IMG/VR virus record: IMGVR_UViG_3300032167_000073
DNA length: 64,000 bases
Reading direction: 5' to 3' (one strand)
Source of the DNA: a virus
Lineage: Duplodnaviria > Heunggongvirae > Uroviricota > Caudoviricetes
Positions 27,007 through 35,777 of the stretch are shown here, one piece after another. The first letter of the stretch is position 1, and every line of letters starts with the position of its first letter. Both the position numbers and the translations under genes were made by a program. Below the pieces are notes generated by a model that searched no databases, was not told the DNA's origin, and saw nothing but the letters and a program-made list of their open reading frames with translations.

Positions 27007-29263
27007 TCCGGCCATTGTGATTAACGAAATTGTTCTGCGCCGAAGAAATAAGCTCACCATTCCTGAGCGCCACGCTGGGTTCTACAATCCAGACCGTGCC
27101 AATCTAGTGCTTGCCATGGCGAAGAATGTGGAGTCGTTAGGTTTTGCATTCTCCATGGATACGGCGACTCGTCTGCTGTATTACAACGACAAAGAGCTGG
27201 AAGACTTCTATAAGCAGCTCATTCCAATGCTCAAGAAGTTGGTCGGCGCGGATGTGGAGTATCATCCGATGTATCCGAACTTCCCACAGCAGGTTATCGA
27301 TGCGCCTCTGATCGAGCTGTTCTTCAATGCGCTCATGCATTACGTGACGGATGGCGAGTATCTGCCGGAATACGTTAAGGAAGAGCGTCTTCCTATGCTT
27401 GATACGTGCAAGGCGAAAATTCTGACGCTTGCCGATGAAAACGGTGCAGACCTGATGGATATCTTCTCCAATCTTCTTAGAAGCAAGACTTCTCTGTCTG
27501 AGCAGGATAAAGCAGATGTGGAATGGATTGTTTTAAACAATGTCAGCCATGTCAAGCATATGCCGGAAGAGATTCCGCTCAAGGAGAATGTGGCGTTCAT
27601 TTCAAAGCTCATTATCGAAAAGTCGCCGCTAAAGTCGTCCAAGTGCATCGAGCGGTATTTCTCCACGGCGACGGATGTTCTTCGACTCATCGTTTCCATG
27701 TCTGATGGCGATATCAGCTTGGCTGATAAAACGAAGTTCAGGTCGCTCAAGAGATCGGAGCGCCGGATGATTCTGGATCTCCTTGCGCATTGCGGGGATA
27801 TTTACGAAGACCTCTTCCGCTATCGTGATGAGTGGATTCGCGTTGCAGAAATCCTGCATGTCGGAGAATATGTCGGTAAACCGAAATATCGCGGCGTATG
27901 CGATTATTTCAGGTCGCTTAGAAACGATAAAAAGCCGCTTCTCTATCCGGGCTATGTGGAAACCATGATCGCCAAGGGCGATATGGTCGGGGCAGCTAAT
28001 CTCCTGATGGAGCGTCCCGGCGAGTTTGCACGCAGGCTCGATAAGCTCATCCGCGATACGGATTGGCAAAAGGATATTGTGGACATGTTTGAAAAGGTTG
28101 CAGATCGTGTGGCCGTCCCGGTTCTTTTGCAGGTTCGTCAGCATTTCCTTGCTCGTCATAAGAACGATGCGCCCATTCGTGTCTTCTTCCCGAAGGGCAG
28201 CGTAGCGCATGCCATCGTTGAGCCAAATGAACTCAAACCCATCGACTACGAAATTTGCAGGCGCGTTGTCATGATCTGCAATAATGCAATCATCGCGCAG
28301 TTTAAAAAGGATAAGCCGGAGATGGGCAGGGTTTATGTCGATCCTGAGCTGGAAAACTTCATGGTTCCGTTCAGCCAGCGCAGCGCGTCCAGCGGCAGCA
28401 AGATCATGGTTCGTGGTAGCTCAATCCCGATCAGCAAGGATGCAAAGTTTGTCCGTGCGTTCATCTGGTGGACAAATACGGATAAGCAGATCAAGGATGA
28501 AGATTTGAATTATTGGCGCGGTGATGAAAACCGCGTAGATATCGATCTTTCTGCCTGTATTCTCGATGAGGATTTCAAGTATGTATCCCATGTATCCTAT
28601 ACCAATCTGCGTTCCGGCTGTATGGCCGTTCATTCCGGCGATATTGTCGATGGCGGAAGCGTAAAGGGTAAGGGCGTAGCAGAATTTCTCGACATCAATA
28701 TTGATGAGGCTGCAAAGCATGGCCGTTATGTCTGCTTCCAAGTGTATAGCTTCACGCAGCAGCCGTTCTCGTCTATGCCAAATAGCCGATTCGGTTGGAT
28801 GGAGAGGGAGAGCCAGAATTCCGGCGAAATCTTTGAGCCGCGCACGGTAGAGATGTGTATGAATGTGTCCTCTGACAGCAAGGTTTCCATTCCAGTCATC
28901 TTTGACTGCAAGGAGAAGCGATTTGTCTGGTTGGATATGTGCCTGTCTATCGACAGCTTTGCTTCCAGCAGAGGCAATAACATTGAAAACAACTTCTCTC
29001 AGGTTCAGGCCATCTGTTATGCCATGATGCATCTCAACAAGCCCAATCTGTATGATCTGATTGCGCTCAATGCAAAAGCAAGAGGAACAATCACGGACAA
29101 CCGCAACGAAGCGGATATCATTTTCAGCAATGACACGACCAAGCCCATCGAATGTGTGATGGTGGAAGGTTCTGAGCATCAGCTTGAAATGGTGAACCGT
29201 GAAAAGGACACACCAATCATTACGGCCTTTGACATGGATTACATCATGGGTAATCTGCTGTAA
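26996..29263 (+). CDS. large protein (755 aa) with C-terminal TerD-like domain
   Basis: VDIDLSACILDEDFKYVSHVSYTNLRSGCMAVHSGDIVDGGSVKGKGVAEFLDINIDE...YVCFQVYSF matches TerD/TelA calcium-binding beta-sandwich consensus (DLDLSA..fD......v.f.nl.....hsGDn.tG.g.gdDE.I..dL). Confidence 0.55.
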   Translation: MMSNPAIVINEIVLRRRNKLTIPERHAGFYNPDRANLVLAMAKNVESLGFAFSMDTATRLLYYNDKELEDFYKQLIPMLKKLVGADVEYHPMYPNFPQQVIDAPLIELFFNALMHYVTDGEYLPEYVKEERLPMLDTCKAKILTLADENGADLMDIFSNLLRSKTSLSEQDKADVEWIVLNNVSHVKHMPEEIPLKENVAFISKLIIEKSPLKSSKCIERYFSTATDVLRLIVSMSDGDISLADKTKFRSLKRSERRMILDLLAHCGDIYEDLFRYRDEWIRVAEILHVGEYVGKPKYRGVCDYFRSLRNDKKPLLYPGYVETMIAKGDMVGAANLLMERPGEFARRLDKLIRDTDWQKDIVDMFEKVADRVAVPVLLQVRQHFLARHKNDAPIRVFFPKGSVAHAIVEPNELKPIDYEICRRVVMICNNAIIAQFKKDKPEMGRVYVDPELENFMVPFSQRSASSGSKIMVRGSSIPISKDAKFVRAFIWWTNTDKQIKDEDLNYWRGDENRVDIDLSACILDEDFKYVSHVSYTNLRSGCMAVHSGDIVDGGSVKGKGVAEFLDINIDEAAKHGRYVCFQVYSFTQQPFSSMPNSRFGWMERESQNSGEIFEPRTVEMCMNVSSDSKVSIPVIFDCKEKRFVWLDMCLSIDSFASSRGNNIENNFSQVQAICYAMMHLNKPNLYDLIALNAKARGTITDNRNEADIIFSNDTTKPIECVMVEGSEHQLEMVNREKDTPIITAFDMDYIMGNLL

Positions 29264-29432
29264 GGTTGTGTGTCAGCCTCCGGGCGTTCGCCCTTCATAT
29301 AGACGGGGATTTCCCCAAATTTCGGCTGTGTCGTCCATCCTTCTTTCTAATTCTATACAGTGAGTGCTTTGCAGCTAAAAGCTGCGAAGTGTTCATAACA
29401 ACAAGACCGGGTGACAGATTTCCGAAATTTCT

Positions 29433-29482
29433 AAAAATAAATCAGAAAAAGTATTGACAGATACAATCTGATGATGTATAAT
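29433..29482 (+). promoter_or_regulatory. conserved phage promoter module, class 1, driving the tRNA cluster
   Basis: AAATAAATCAGAAAAAGTATTGACA (29454-29459), N17, TATAAT (29477-29482). Confidence 0.7.
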
Positions 29483-29544
29483 GTAAGAGCAGTGAGGCCA
29501 AAGGAATAAAGCCGGAGGATAATCTGCAATGTTGGCTGGATGCT

Positions 29545-29660
29545 TCATCCTTCTTCGCTTTGGGAGCTGCGTGTCGCAGGTTCGAGTCCTGCACCGCTGG
29601 CGTGTGCTGGCGGTTAGCTCAGTCGGTAGAGCAACAGATAGAAACGAGGCAGCGATTTCC
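29545..29660 (+). pseudogene. tRNA fragments (isolated T-arm/acceptor half and 5' half with D-arm)
   Basis: gcaggttcgagtcctgcaccgctggcg and gctggcggttagctcagtcggtagagcaac lack partner halves. Confidence 0.3.
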
Positions 29661-29780
29661 AACATTTACATATAAGATTCGCATGATTCGGCTGAAAGGT
29701 TCATCCTTCTAACTAGGTATATTTTGAAGATTTCTAAGCAGAGCCTTTGATTTCCGATGATTGCGAATCTACTTCCCTAA

Positions 29781-29810
29781 AAAACCAAAGCAGAAAAAGT
29801 ATAAACACAT
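29781..29810 (+). promoter_or_regulatory. conserved promoter module, class 2, immediately upstream of tRNA-Leu
   Basis: AAAAACCAAAGCAGAAAAAGTATAAACAC. Confidence 0.5.
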
Positions 29811-29813
29811 CTT

Positions 29814-29896
29814 GCGGGTGTGGCGGAATGGCAGACGCGGCAGATTTAGGATCTGTTGCCAAAAGCGTATGGGTTCAAATCCCTTCACCCGCACCA
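29814..29896 (+). tRNA. tRNA-Leu(TAG)
   Basis: acceptor gcgggtg/cacccgc, anticodon loop tTTAGga, long variable arm, CCA. Confidence 0.75.
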
Positions 29897-29899
29897 AAC

Positions 29900-29987
29900 G
29901 GCGAGTTGTCCGAGTGGTTTATGGTGATGGTTTGCTAAACCATTGGCGGGAAACCGCCCACAGGTTCAAATCCTGTACTCGCCGCCA
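29900..29987 (+). tRNA. tRNA-Ser(GCT)
   Basis: acceptor ggcgagt/actcgcc, anticodon loop tGCTaaa, long variable arm, CCA. Confidence 0.8.
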
Positions 29988-29996
29988 TTTTCCCAA

Positions 29997-30073
29997 TGAT
30001 CTTTAGCTCAGTTGGTCAGAGCAAGTGACTCATAATCACTAAGTCTAGGGTTCAAGCCCCTAAAGATCAACCA
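29997..30073 (+). tRNA. tRNA-Met(CAT)
   Basis: acceptor tgatctt/aagatca, anticodon loop ctCATaa, T-loop ttcaagc, CCA. Confidence 0.75.
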
Positions 30074-30077
30074 TCTC

Positions 30078-30162
30078 GCCGACGTGACGGAATTGGCAAA
30101 CGGAGCGGACTTAAAATCCGCTGCTATCAAGCTTGTGGGTTCAAGTCCCATCGTCGGCACCA
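30078..30162 (+). tRNA. tRNA-Leu(TAA)
   Basis: acceptor gccgacg/cgtcggc, anticodon loop cTTAAaa, long variable arm, CCA. Confidence 0.8.
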
Positions 30163-30169
30163 TTTATAT

Positions 30170-30246
30170 TGCGGAGTAGAGAAGTGGTCATCTCGTCAGC
30201 CTCATGAGCTGAAGATCGCTGGTTCGAATCCAGCCTCTCGCAACCA
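30170..30246 (+). tRNA. tRNA with CAT anticodon (second Met, fMet or Ile2-lysidine type)
   Basis: anticodon arm tcagc-ctCATga-gctga, T-loop ttcgaat, CCA; acceptor with one mismatch. Confidence 0.6.
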
Positions 30247-30251
30247 TCTAT

Positions 30252-30328
30252 CTGGGTGTAGCTCAGTTTGGTAGAGCGCGTGCTTTGGGAGCATGAAGTC
30301 GGGGGTTCGAATCCCTTCACTCAGACCA
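30252..30328 (+). tRNA. tRNA-Pro(TGG)
   Basis: acceptor ctgggtg/cactcag, anticodon loop tTTGGga, CCA. Confidence 0.75.
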
Positions 30329-30331
30329 TTT

Positions 30332-30405
30332 GCAGCAGTAGTTTACTGGTAAAATAGGAGACTTCCACTCTTCGGAAACGGGTTCGATTCCCGCCTGCTG
30401 CACCA
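30332..30405 (+). tRNA. tRNA-Gly(TCC)
   Basis: acceptor gcagcag/ctgctgc, anticodon loop cTTCCac, CCA. Confidence 0.75.
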
Positions 30406-30987
30406 ACGCGCCCTGTCTGCCGCTCAGTGGCGCATGAATAAGTAAGATCAAGCGGCGGTGTCCAGACATCACAATAATCCGAAAGAGATGCCGGGCTCAG
30501 GGAACCGGAGTGGCGGGATGGAGCCGATAAACCCATTCCAGTGCTGGGACGTATGACCTCAGATAGTTGGCGGACAACGAAAAAATCTGGAATTTGCTCG
30601 ATCTGGCTGCGAGTAAGATCAGCGTCTGATTGGCGATTTATGCCGACGGACAGCAGATTGAGGCTTGCAGAGAATTGCGGATGCTGCTGCATGTGTGTCT
30701 GCGAGGGCGAAAGCTTCAATATATGATGCGATACAGGACTAACCAGATCATGACACCGTATCGAATCCACCACAGGATCTTAATGGATGAATCGGATACG
30801 ACGCATGCAGGGCGTTGTGGTGAAAAGTTCCGAGGGTAAACATGGATTGCCTCTTGTCGTGTGGCAGAGGAGGGCAAAGAACGAGGCGTGGGCGAAGTCG
30901 ATCTCTGATCATCATGTCGAAGCTTCGCGTGTATGCGGCAGGCCAAGTTGCAATCCTTGTTTACTTGTAAATCAGTTTTGTTTATTT

Positions 30988-31063
30988 GCTGGCGTAGCTC
31001 AATTGGCAGAGCAGCGGATTTGTAATCCGCAGGTTGTGGGTTCGACTCCCTTCGCCAGCTCCA
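30988..31063 (+). tRNA. tRNA-Thr(TGT)
   Basis: acceptor gctggcg/cgccagc, anticodon loop tTTGTaa, CCA. Confidence 0.8.
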
Positions 31064-31356
31064 GAAATAAATAACATCGGAGGTACACATTATGGCATTC
31101 ATCGAATCAGTCAAGGCGCGAATCAATCTGCTTGAGCAGCGCGATCCCGTTGTCAATGCGCGAATCATTGGCAAGCTGAAGCGAAAGCTGAGGAAGCTTG
31201 AAGCTCTGGAAGCGGTGACGTGCGAATGAACGATTTTGCAATCGCATGCGCAATGGTTACCGGAGTGGTTGCCCTTGCGTGCATGGTCAATCGATTCTTT
31301 CCATCTGATTATCACAAGCAGATCGAAGAAAAGTACAAAGGAGAGTAAGTAGTCAT

Positions 31357-31542
31357 ATGCCTGTGTTCTGGTTTCTGGCATTTCTTGGGCTGATTGTCCT
31401 ATGGTTCCTTCTCGCATTTGCGTATAAGGCAATCGGCAGATTCTTTAAGCGGATATTCAAGGATTCCTACGATGCTATGACGTCGGAAGATCCAAAGGAT
31501 ATATCAATCACAAACGAAAATGACGGAGGTAAAGAAGAATGA
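31357..31542 (+). CDS. small membrane protein (61 aa)
   Basis: hydrophobic N-terminus MPVFWFLAFLGLIVLWFLLAF. Confidence 0.45.
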   Translation: MPVFWFLAFLGLIVLWFLLAFAYKAIGRFFKRIFKDSYDAMTSEDPKDISITNENDGGKEE

Positions 31543-32471
31543 ATAGTGGAAAAATTGGCGGCATCCTGCTTGCTGTGATTCTTGTGATCATTGCTGGCGT
31601 GCTTATCGGCTGTGCAGTACGCATTCCTGCTGGATACGTCGGTATTGTCTATGACATGAACGGCGGCGTTGGCGATGAAGTTCTCACGCAGGGCTGGAAG
31701 CTGGTCGCTCCGACGAAGAAGGTAACGACGTACACCATCGGCCTTGAGCAGTCTGGTCTCACGGCGGAGTCTACACAGGATTCCTCTGGCGATGAGTCGT
31801 TTAACATTCCGACCAGCGATGGTAAGACGGTGAATGTCAGCCTTGAGTTCTCGTACTATTTTGATAGCGAGCGGATTGCCGACACATTTAAGCTCTTCAA
31901 GGGACAGTCTGGCGAGTCGATCAAGACCACGTTTATTAAGCCGAAGATCAAGGCATGGACACAGGAAGTTTCTGCCAATCATCCGGTTGCCGATATCTTC
32001 GGCGATCAGCGAACGGTGATTAACAATGAGCTGGATATTCACCTGAAGGAGAAGTTTGACCAGTACGGCATCATTATCGATACGGTGAACTTCACAGATA
32101 TCCGCGTGGATGAAGAGACTGCAAAGGCTATTCAGCAGAAGGTCAACGCACAGCAGGAACAGGAACTTGCGCGTATTCAGTCTGAGACTGCAAGGATTCA
32201 GGCAGAGAAGGATAAGCAGGTTGCTCTAATTGCGGCGGAAAAGGAAAAAGATGTGGCCTCTGTGAATGCAGAGCGTCAGATCATCGCTGCGCAGGCCGAG
32301 GCAGATGCGCTGATGATTCAGGCAGGAGCCGAAGCGGATGCGAACAAGCTGATTGCCGCATCTCTCACGCCGGAGCTGATCGAGAAGATTAAGTACGAGC
32401 GATGGGATGGCGCAATGCCGAAGGTGTCTGGCGGCATGCCGATTATCGATATCGGCGACGTGGGAGAGTAA
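31539..32471 (+). CDS. SPFH/band-7 (prohibitin/HflK-like) membrane protein
   Basis: N-terminal TM helix, SPFH core GYVGIVYDMNGG...QGWKLVAPTKKVTTY, long Ala/Gln/Glu coiled coil. Confidence 0.7.
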   Translation: MNSGKIGGILLAVILVIIAGVLIGCAVRIPAGYVGIVYDMNGGVGDEVLTQGWKLVAPTKKVTTYTIGLEQSGLTAESTQDSSGDESFNIPTSDGKTVNVSLEFSYYFDSERIADTFKLFKGQSGESIKTTFIKPKIKAWTQEVSANHPVADIFGDQRTVINNELDIHLKEKFDQYGIIIDTVNFTDIRVDEETAKAIQQKVNAQQEQELARIQSETARIQAEKDKQVALIAAEKEKDVASVNAERQIIAAQAEADALMIQAGAEADANKLIAASLTPELIEKIKYERWDGAMPKVSGGMPIIDIGDVGE

Positions 32472-32490
32472 TCTTCCACATAGACACTTG

Positions 32491-32512
32491 CCCGCTTCCC
32501 CTGCGGGCATTT
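32491..32512 (+). terminator. rho-independent terminator
   Basis: gcccgcttcccctgcgggc hairpin + atttc. Confidence 0.4.
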
Positions 32513-32516
32513 CACG

Positions 32517-32606
32517 GGGAGTTACCCAAGCGGCTGAAGGGGGCGGTCTTGAAAACCGCTAGGCGGCAACCCCGCGCAAGGGTTCAAATCCCTTACTCCC
32601 CGCCAT
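32517..32606 (+). tRNA. tRNA-Ser(TGA)
   Basis: acceptor ggggagt/actcccc, anticodon loop cTTGAaa, long variable arm, CCA. Confidence 0.8.
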
Positions 32607-32613
32607 TTTCTTG

Positions 32614-32698
32614 CCGGACTGGTCGGAACTGGCAGACGCGGCGGATTCAAAATCCGTTGTCTTATGACGTGTGGGTTCAAGTCCCACGTCCGGCACCA
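32614..32698 (+). tRNA. tRNA-Leu(CAA)
   Basis: acceptor gccggac/gtccggc, anticodon loop ttCAAaa, long variable arm, CCA. Confidence 0.75.
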
Positions 32699-32818
32699 TA
32701 TATAGAGAAGCTACGAAAACATTGGATGGATAAGCGCATGAAAGACTTGGCGGCTCAGACAGACCAGCCTCGCATAGTGTCTGTCGATTCCGATGATTGC
32801 GCAGCTTCTCTTTTGTTT

Positions 32819-32892
32819 GCAGACATGGTGTAGTGGAAACATATCTGATTCCCATTCAGAGGATGCGGGTTCGATTCCCGTTGTTTGCACCA
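32819..32892 (+). tRNA. tRNA-Gly(CCC)
   Basis: acceptor gcagaca/tgtttgc (with G-U pair), anticodon loop ttCCCat, T-arm gcggg-ttcgatt-cccgt, CCA. Confidence 0.6.
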
Positions 32893-32934
32893 TTGTGCGT
32901 GGCACAAAAAAGATAAGAAAAGAGGAAATAAACT

Positions 32935-33642
32935 ATGTATATGGATAAGAAAAGGCTCCCGTTTAATGAATCCGCTATCTCTTGTACAAATGCGGAATCT
33001 GTCTCCAATGCGGTTGCTATTTCAAGGTCTGATTCCGCGATGAGTTGCGCATCAGAAAGCTCCTATTCAAATCTTCTTGAACGTCATAATCGTGAAGTGG
33101 AAAGCGCGGCAACGAAGCATTACGAAAATGGCATGCAGTCGGATACCAAGTGCAAGATCGTCTATGAGGATGGCAAGATTAGCGTGCTCAAGCACCTTAG
33201 CACTCATATTACAAGGCATATTTGCATCATGTCTGACATCAAATCGATCAAGGTGTATAACGACAAGCACGGCAATCAGAAGTCGATGACTATGGCCTTT
33301 AACAATGGCGTAAGTGTTACTGCCTCCGTGGATGATATGGATGTATTCTCCATGGATCAGGGCATCACCATTTGCTTGCTGAAGTATATGCTGAACAGAG
33401 CTTCGGAAGGCTGCGAAACCTCTATCTATAATAAGCTTGTGAAGCACGCCAATCGCGTCTATGAAAATGGCGTGCGTGAAGAGGAAGCGGCGAAGGAAGA
33501 AGCCAAGCGCCTTGAGGCAAAGCATAAGAAGCTTGCCGCAAAGAAACAGCGCCGTAAGGCCAAGAAGCGCGAATACGAGATTGAACTTCGTAAGGAAGCA
33601 TATATTCGCGCAATGAACGAAATGCAGAACAAGCCGCTATGA
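32935..33642 (+). CDS. hypothetical protein (235 aa) with basic coiled-coil C-terminus
   Basis: C-terminus EEAAKEEAKRLEAKHKKLAAKKQRRKAKKRE. Confidence 0.5.
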   Translation: MYMDKKRLPFNESAISCTNAESVSNAVAISRSDSAMSCASESSYSNLLERHNREVESAATKHYENGMQSDTKCKIVYEDGKISVLKHLSTHITRHICIMSDIKSIKVYNDKHGNQKSMTMAFNNGVSVTASVDDMDVFSMDQGITICLLKYMLNRASEGCETSIYNKLVKHANRVYENGVREEEAAKEEAKRLEAKHKKLAAKKQRRKAKKREYEIELRKEAYIRAMNEMQNKPL

Positions 33643-34400
33643 TCTATGTAACGGGCGATTGCCACGGCGATTTTACAAGGTTCAATACCAGATTCTTCCC
33701 AGACCAAAAAGAAATGACCAAGGATGATTTTGTGATCGTCCTTGGCGACTTTGGTTTGTGGCATCCATGCAAGAGCGAATCTTATTGGCTGAAGTGGCTT
33801 AGTAACAAGCCGTTTACCACACTGTTTGTCGATGGCAACCATGAGAATTTCGATAGGCTATATAGCGATGAGTTCCCGATTGTTGATTTTCATGGCGGTA
33901 AAGCGCATAAGATCGCGGATAGCGTATATCACCTGATGCGTGGTTATGTGTTTACCTTGCAGGGCAAGACATTTTTTGCCTTTGGCGGAGCCAGCAGCCA
34001 TGATATTGACGATGGTATTCTGGATGAAAAGGATTTCCCAAGTAGACGAGCCTTTATCAAGACGTGCGCAAAGATGAACGATCTGAACAAGAAATTCAGA
34101 GTCAATCATATGGATTGGTGGGAGCAGGAGCTTCCAAGTGCTAAGGAAATAAATCGTAGTCTAATTTCCTTAAAGCAACATGATAACCGCGTTGATTTTG
34201 TCATTACGCATTGTCTTCCGCAGGATATTGCATCACTTATTTCAGGTGGGCAGTATAAGTCGGATCGTCTAACGTCATATTTTCTTTCCATTTCGCGTAA
34301 ATTGCAGTTTGATCAGTGGTATTGCGGACATTATCATAAGGATTTGCGCATTTTCTGTACATATAATGTTTTGTATCGCCGGATTATGCGTATCGTATAG
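33639..34400 (+). CDS. calcineurin-like metallophosphoesterase
   Basis: motifs GDCHGD, VLGDFG, DGNHE in canonical order. Confidence 0.7.
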   Translation: MIYVTGDCHGDFTRFNTRFFPDQKEMTKDDFVIVLGDFGLWHPCKSESYWLKWLSNKPFTTLFVDGNHENFDRLYSDEFPIVDFHGGKAHKIADSVYHLMRGYVFTLQGKTFFAFGGASSHDIDDGILDEKDFPSRRAFIKTCAKMNDLNKKFRVNHMDWWEQELPSAKEINRSLISLKQHDNRVDFVITHCLPQDIASLISGGQYKSDRLTSYFLSISRKLQFDQWYCGHYHKDLRIFCTYNVLYRRIMRIV

Positions 34401-34411
34401 GAGTAATTTCT

Positions 34412-34912
34412 ATGGATGAAAAACGTGTTCCATGTTGCCCATTTTGCGGCGGCAAGTTCAGAATTGTTGTCTGCGATTATATAGGGAATATCAAAGAAGA
34501 CCCAGATAAATACCTGAAAAATCCTTGGTCTGGACTGTCATTCGCAATTCAGCACGAAGAGCAGGATGTGCCGGATGATGTGAAATGCCCTATCGCATCG
34601 CATGAAGGTGACAACTCTACACAGGGGATTTGGCTATATGATACGCAGGATGACGCGATTGATGCACTGATGGTGCGCCCGCCGCAAAAACCTCTGACGC
34701 TTGAACAGGCGCTTGCATCCGATCATGTCTATCTGCAAAATTTGGACAAGCCTTTTATGGATGAGGAATATCCTGTTCTCCTTGAGGATCAGCCAGAAAC
34801 TGAATTCGTCGCATATTGGCGGTATGGAATTGGCGTGCTCAATCGGTTCGTGCGGCGTAGCGAATATGGAAGAAAATGGATCTGCTGGGCAAATAAACCA
34901 GAGAAGAATTGA
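34412..34912 (+). CDS. hypothetical protein (166 aa)
   Basis: CCPFCGG zinc-ribbon start. Confidence 0.45.
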   Translation: MDEKRVPCCPFCGGKFRIVVCDYIGNIKEDPDKYLKNPWSGLSFAIQHEEQDVPDDVKCPIASHEGDNSTQGIWLYDTQDDAIDALMVRPPQKPLTLEQALASDHVYLQNLDKPFMDEEYPVLLEDQPETEFVAYWRYGIGVLNRFVRRSEYGRKWICWANKPEKN

Positions 34913-34930
34913 CGATGAGGGAGGCAGCTT

Positions 34931-35311
34931 ATGGGTACGTTCAGAGTGATCATTGCAGGAACACGGACGTTCAACGACTATGAATTGCTGAAAGCGTATT
35001 GCGATAAGAAGCTTTCAAGAATGTGTATCGACCATAAGATTGTCATTGTCAGTGGTCATGCGAGGGGCGCTGATATGCTGGGCGAGCGATATGCGCAGGA
35101 AAGCGGTTATGAGGCAAGATTATATCCCGCTTATTGGGATATCTATGGTAAATCCGCTGGTATCCGCCGCAATGTCAAGATGGCCGAGAATGCAGATGCA
35201 CTCATTGCTTTCTGGGATGAAAAGTCTACTGGCACAAAGCACATGATTGCTGAGGCAAAGCGGCGCGGCCTGATGGTTGCCGTCAAGCTTTATGGAAAGG
35301 GTTCAGAGTAA
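34931..35311 (+). CDS. SLOG-family (DprA/LOG-like, DUF2493-type) nucleotide-binding protein
   Basis: IIAGTR...VSGHARGADMLGERYA...AGIRRNVKMAENADALIAFWDEKSTGTKHMI pattern. Confidence 0.5.
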   Translation: MGTFRVIIAGTRTFNDYELLKAYCDKKLSRMCIDHKIVIVSGHARGADMLGERYAQESGYEARLYPAYWDIYGKSAGIRRNVKMAENADALIAFWDEKSTGTKHMIAEAKRRGLMVAVKLYGKGSE

Positions 35312-35459
35312 TGGAAGAAATCTATTGGATTGAAGATAAAGTACCGTTTTGCAATGTATGCCCAAGGTGCAAAGCGGTTGTGGATAGAGGCAGCGTCAGG
35401 AGAAGGGGAACGCTGAATTTCTGCCCGAATTGCGGCATTCCGCTGAAAAGGAGCGATGA

Positions 35460-35651
35460 ATGATGAGAAAAATTGTTGTGGAGATCCCGGATAATGTGGG
35501 ATGCATCTTTGTTAATTCTGTTTACTTGGATGAAGAAGGGTTTAAGATGCGTAGTGATGGCTATGGCACAACGGATATTGAGAGGATGACGGATGAGTAT
35601 GTACAATTGTCCAAGGTGCGGGACGCTTCTGACTATGCATCTGAGCTATAA
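35460..35651 (+). CDS. hypothetical small protein
   Basis: ORF; flanked by two unlisted ~50-aa zinc-ribbon ORFs (35312-35464, 35598-35765). Confidence 0.35.
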   Translation: MMRKIVVEIPDNVGCIFVNSVYLDEEGFKMRSDGYGTTDIERMTDEYVQLSKVRDASDYASEL

Positions 35652-35777
35652 CATTCCCGTGTGGAAGTGCAGCCATTGCGGATATGTACCTGAAATCGTG
35701 TATACGTCAAATACAAGGGTAAACTATTACCCGTCTTACAATCAGGGAAGTACAAGCGCTATGTAGGAGATACGATC

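Noticed and set aside
30406-30987. Calling the non-coding island RNase P RNA or tmRNA
   Set aside because: Partial resemblance (GCCGGGCTC...) to RNase P CR-I only. No clear CR-IV/V or a tmRNA tag ORF with tRNA-Ala-like ends found, so it is reported only as a candidate structured RNA.
30716-31432. 238-aa minus-strand ORF
   Set aside because: Runs antisense across tRNA-Thr and the non-coding island; no RBS; low-complexity translation.
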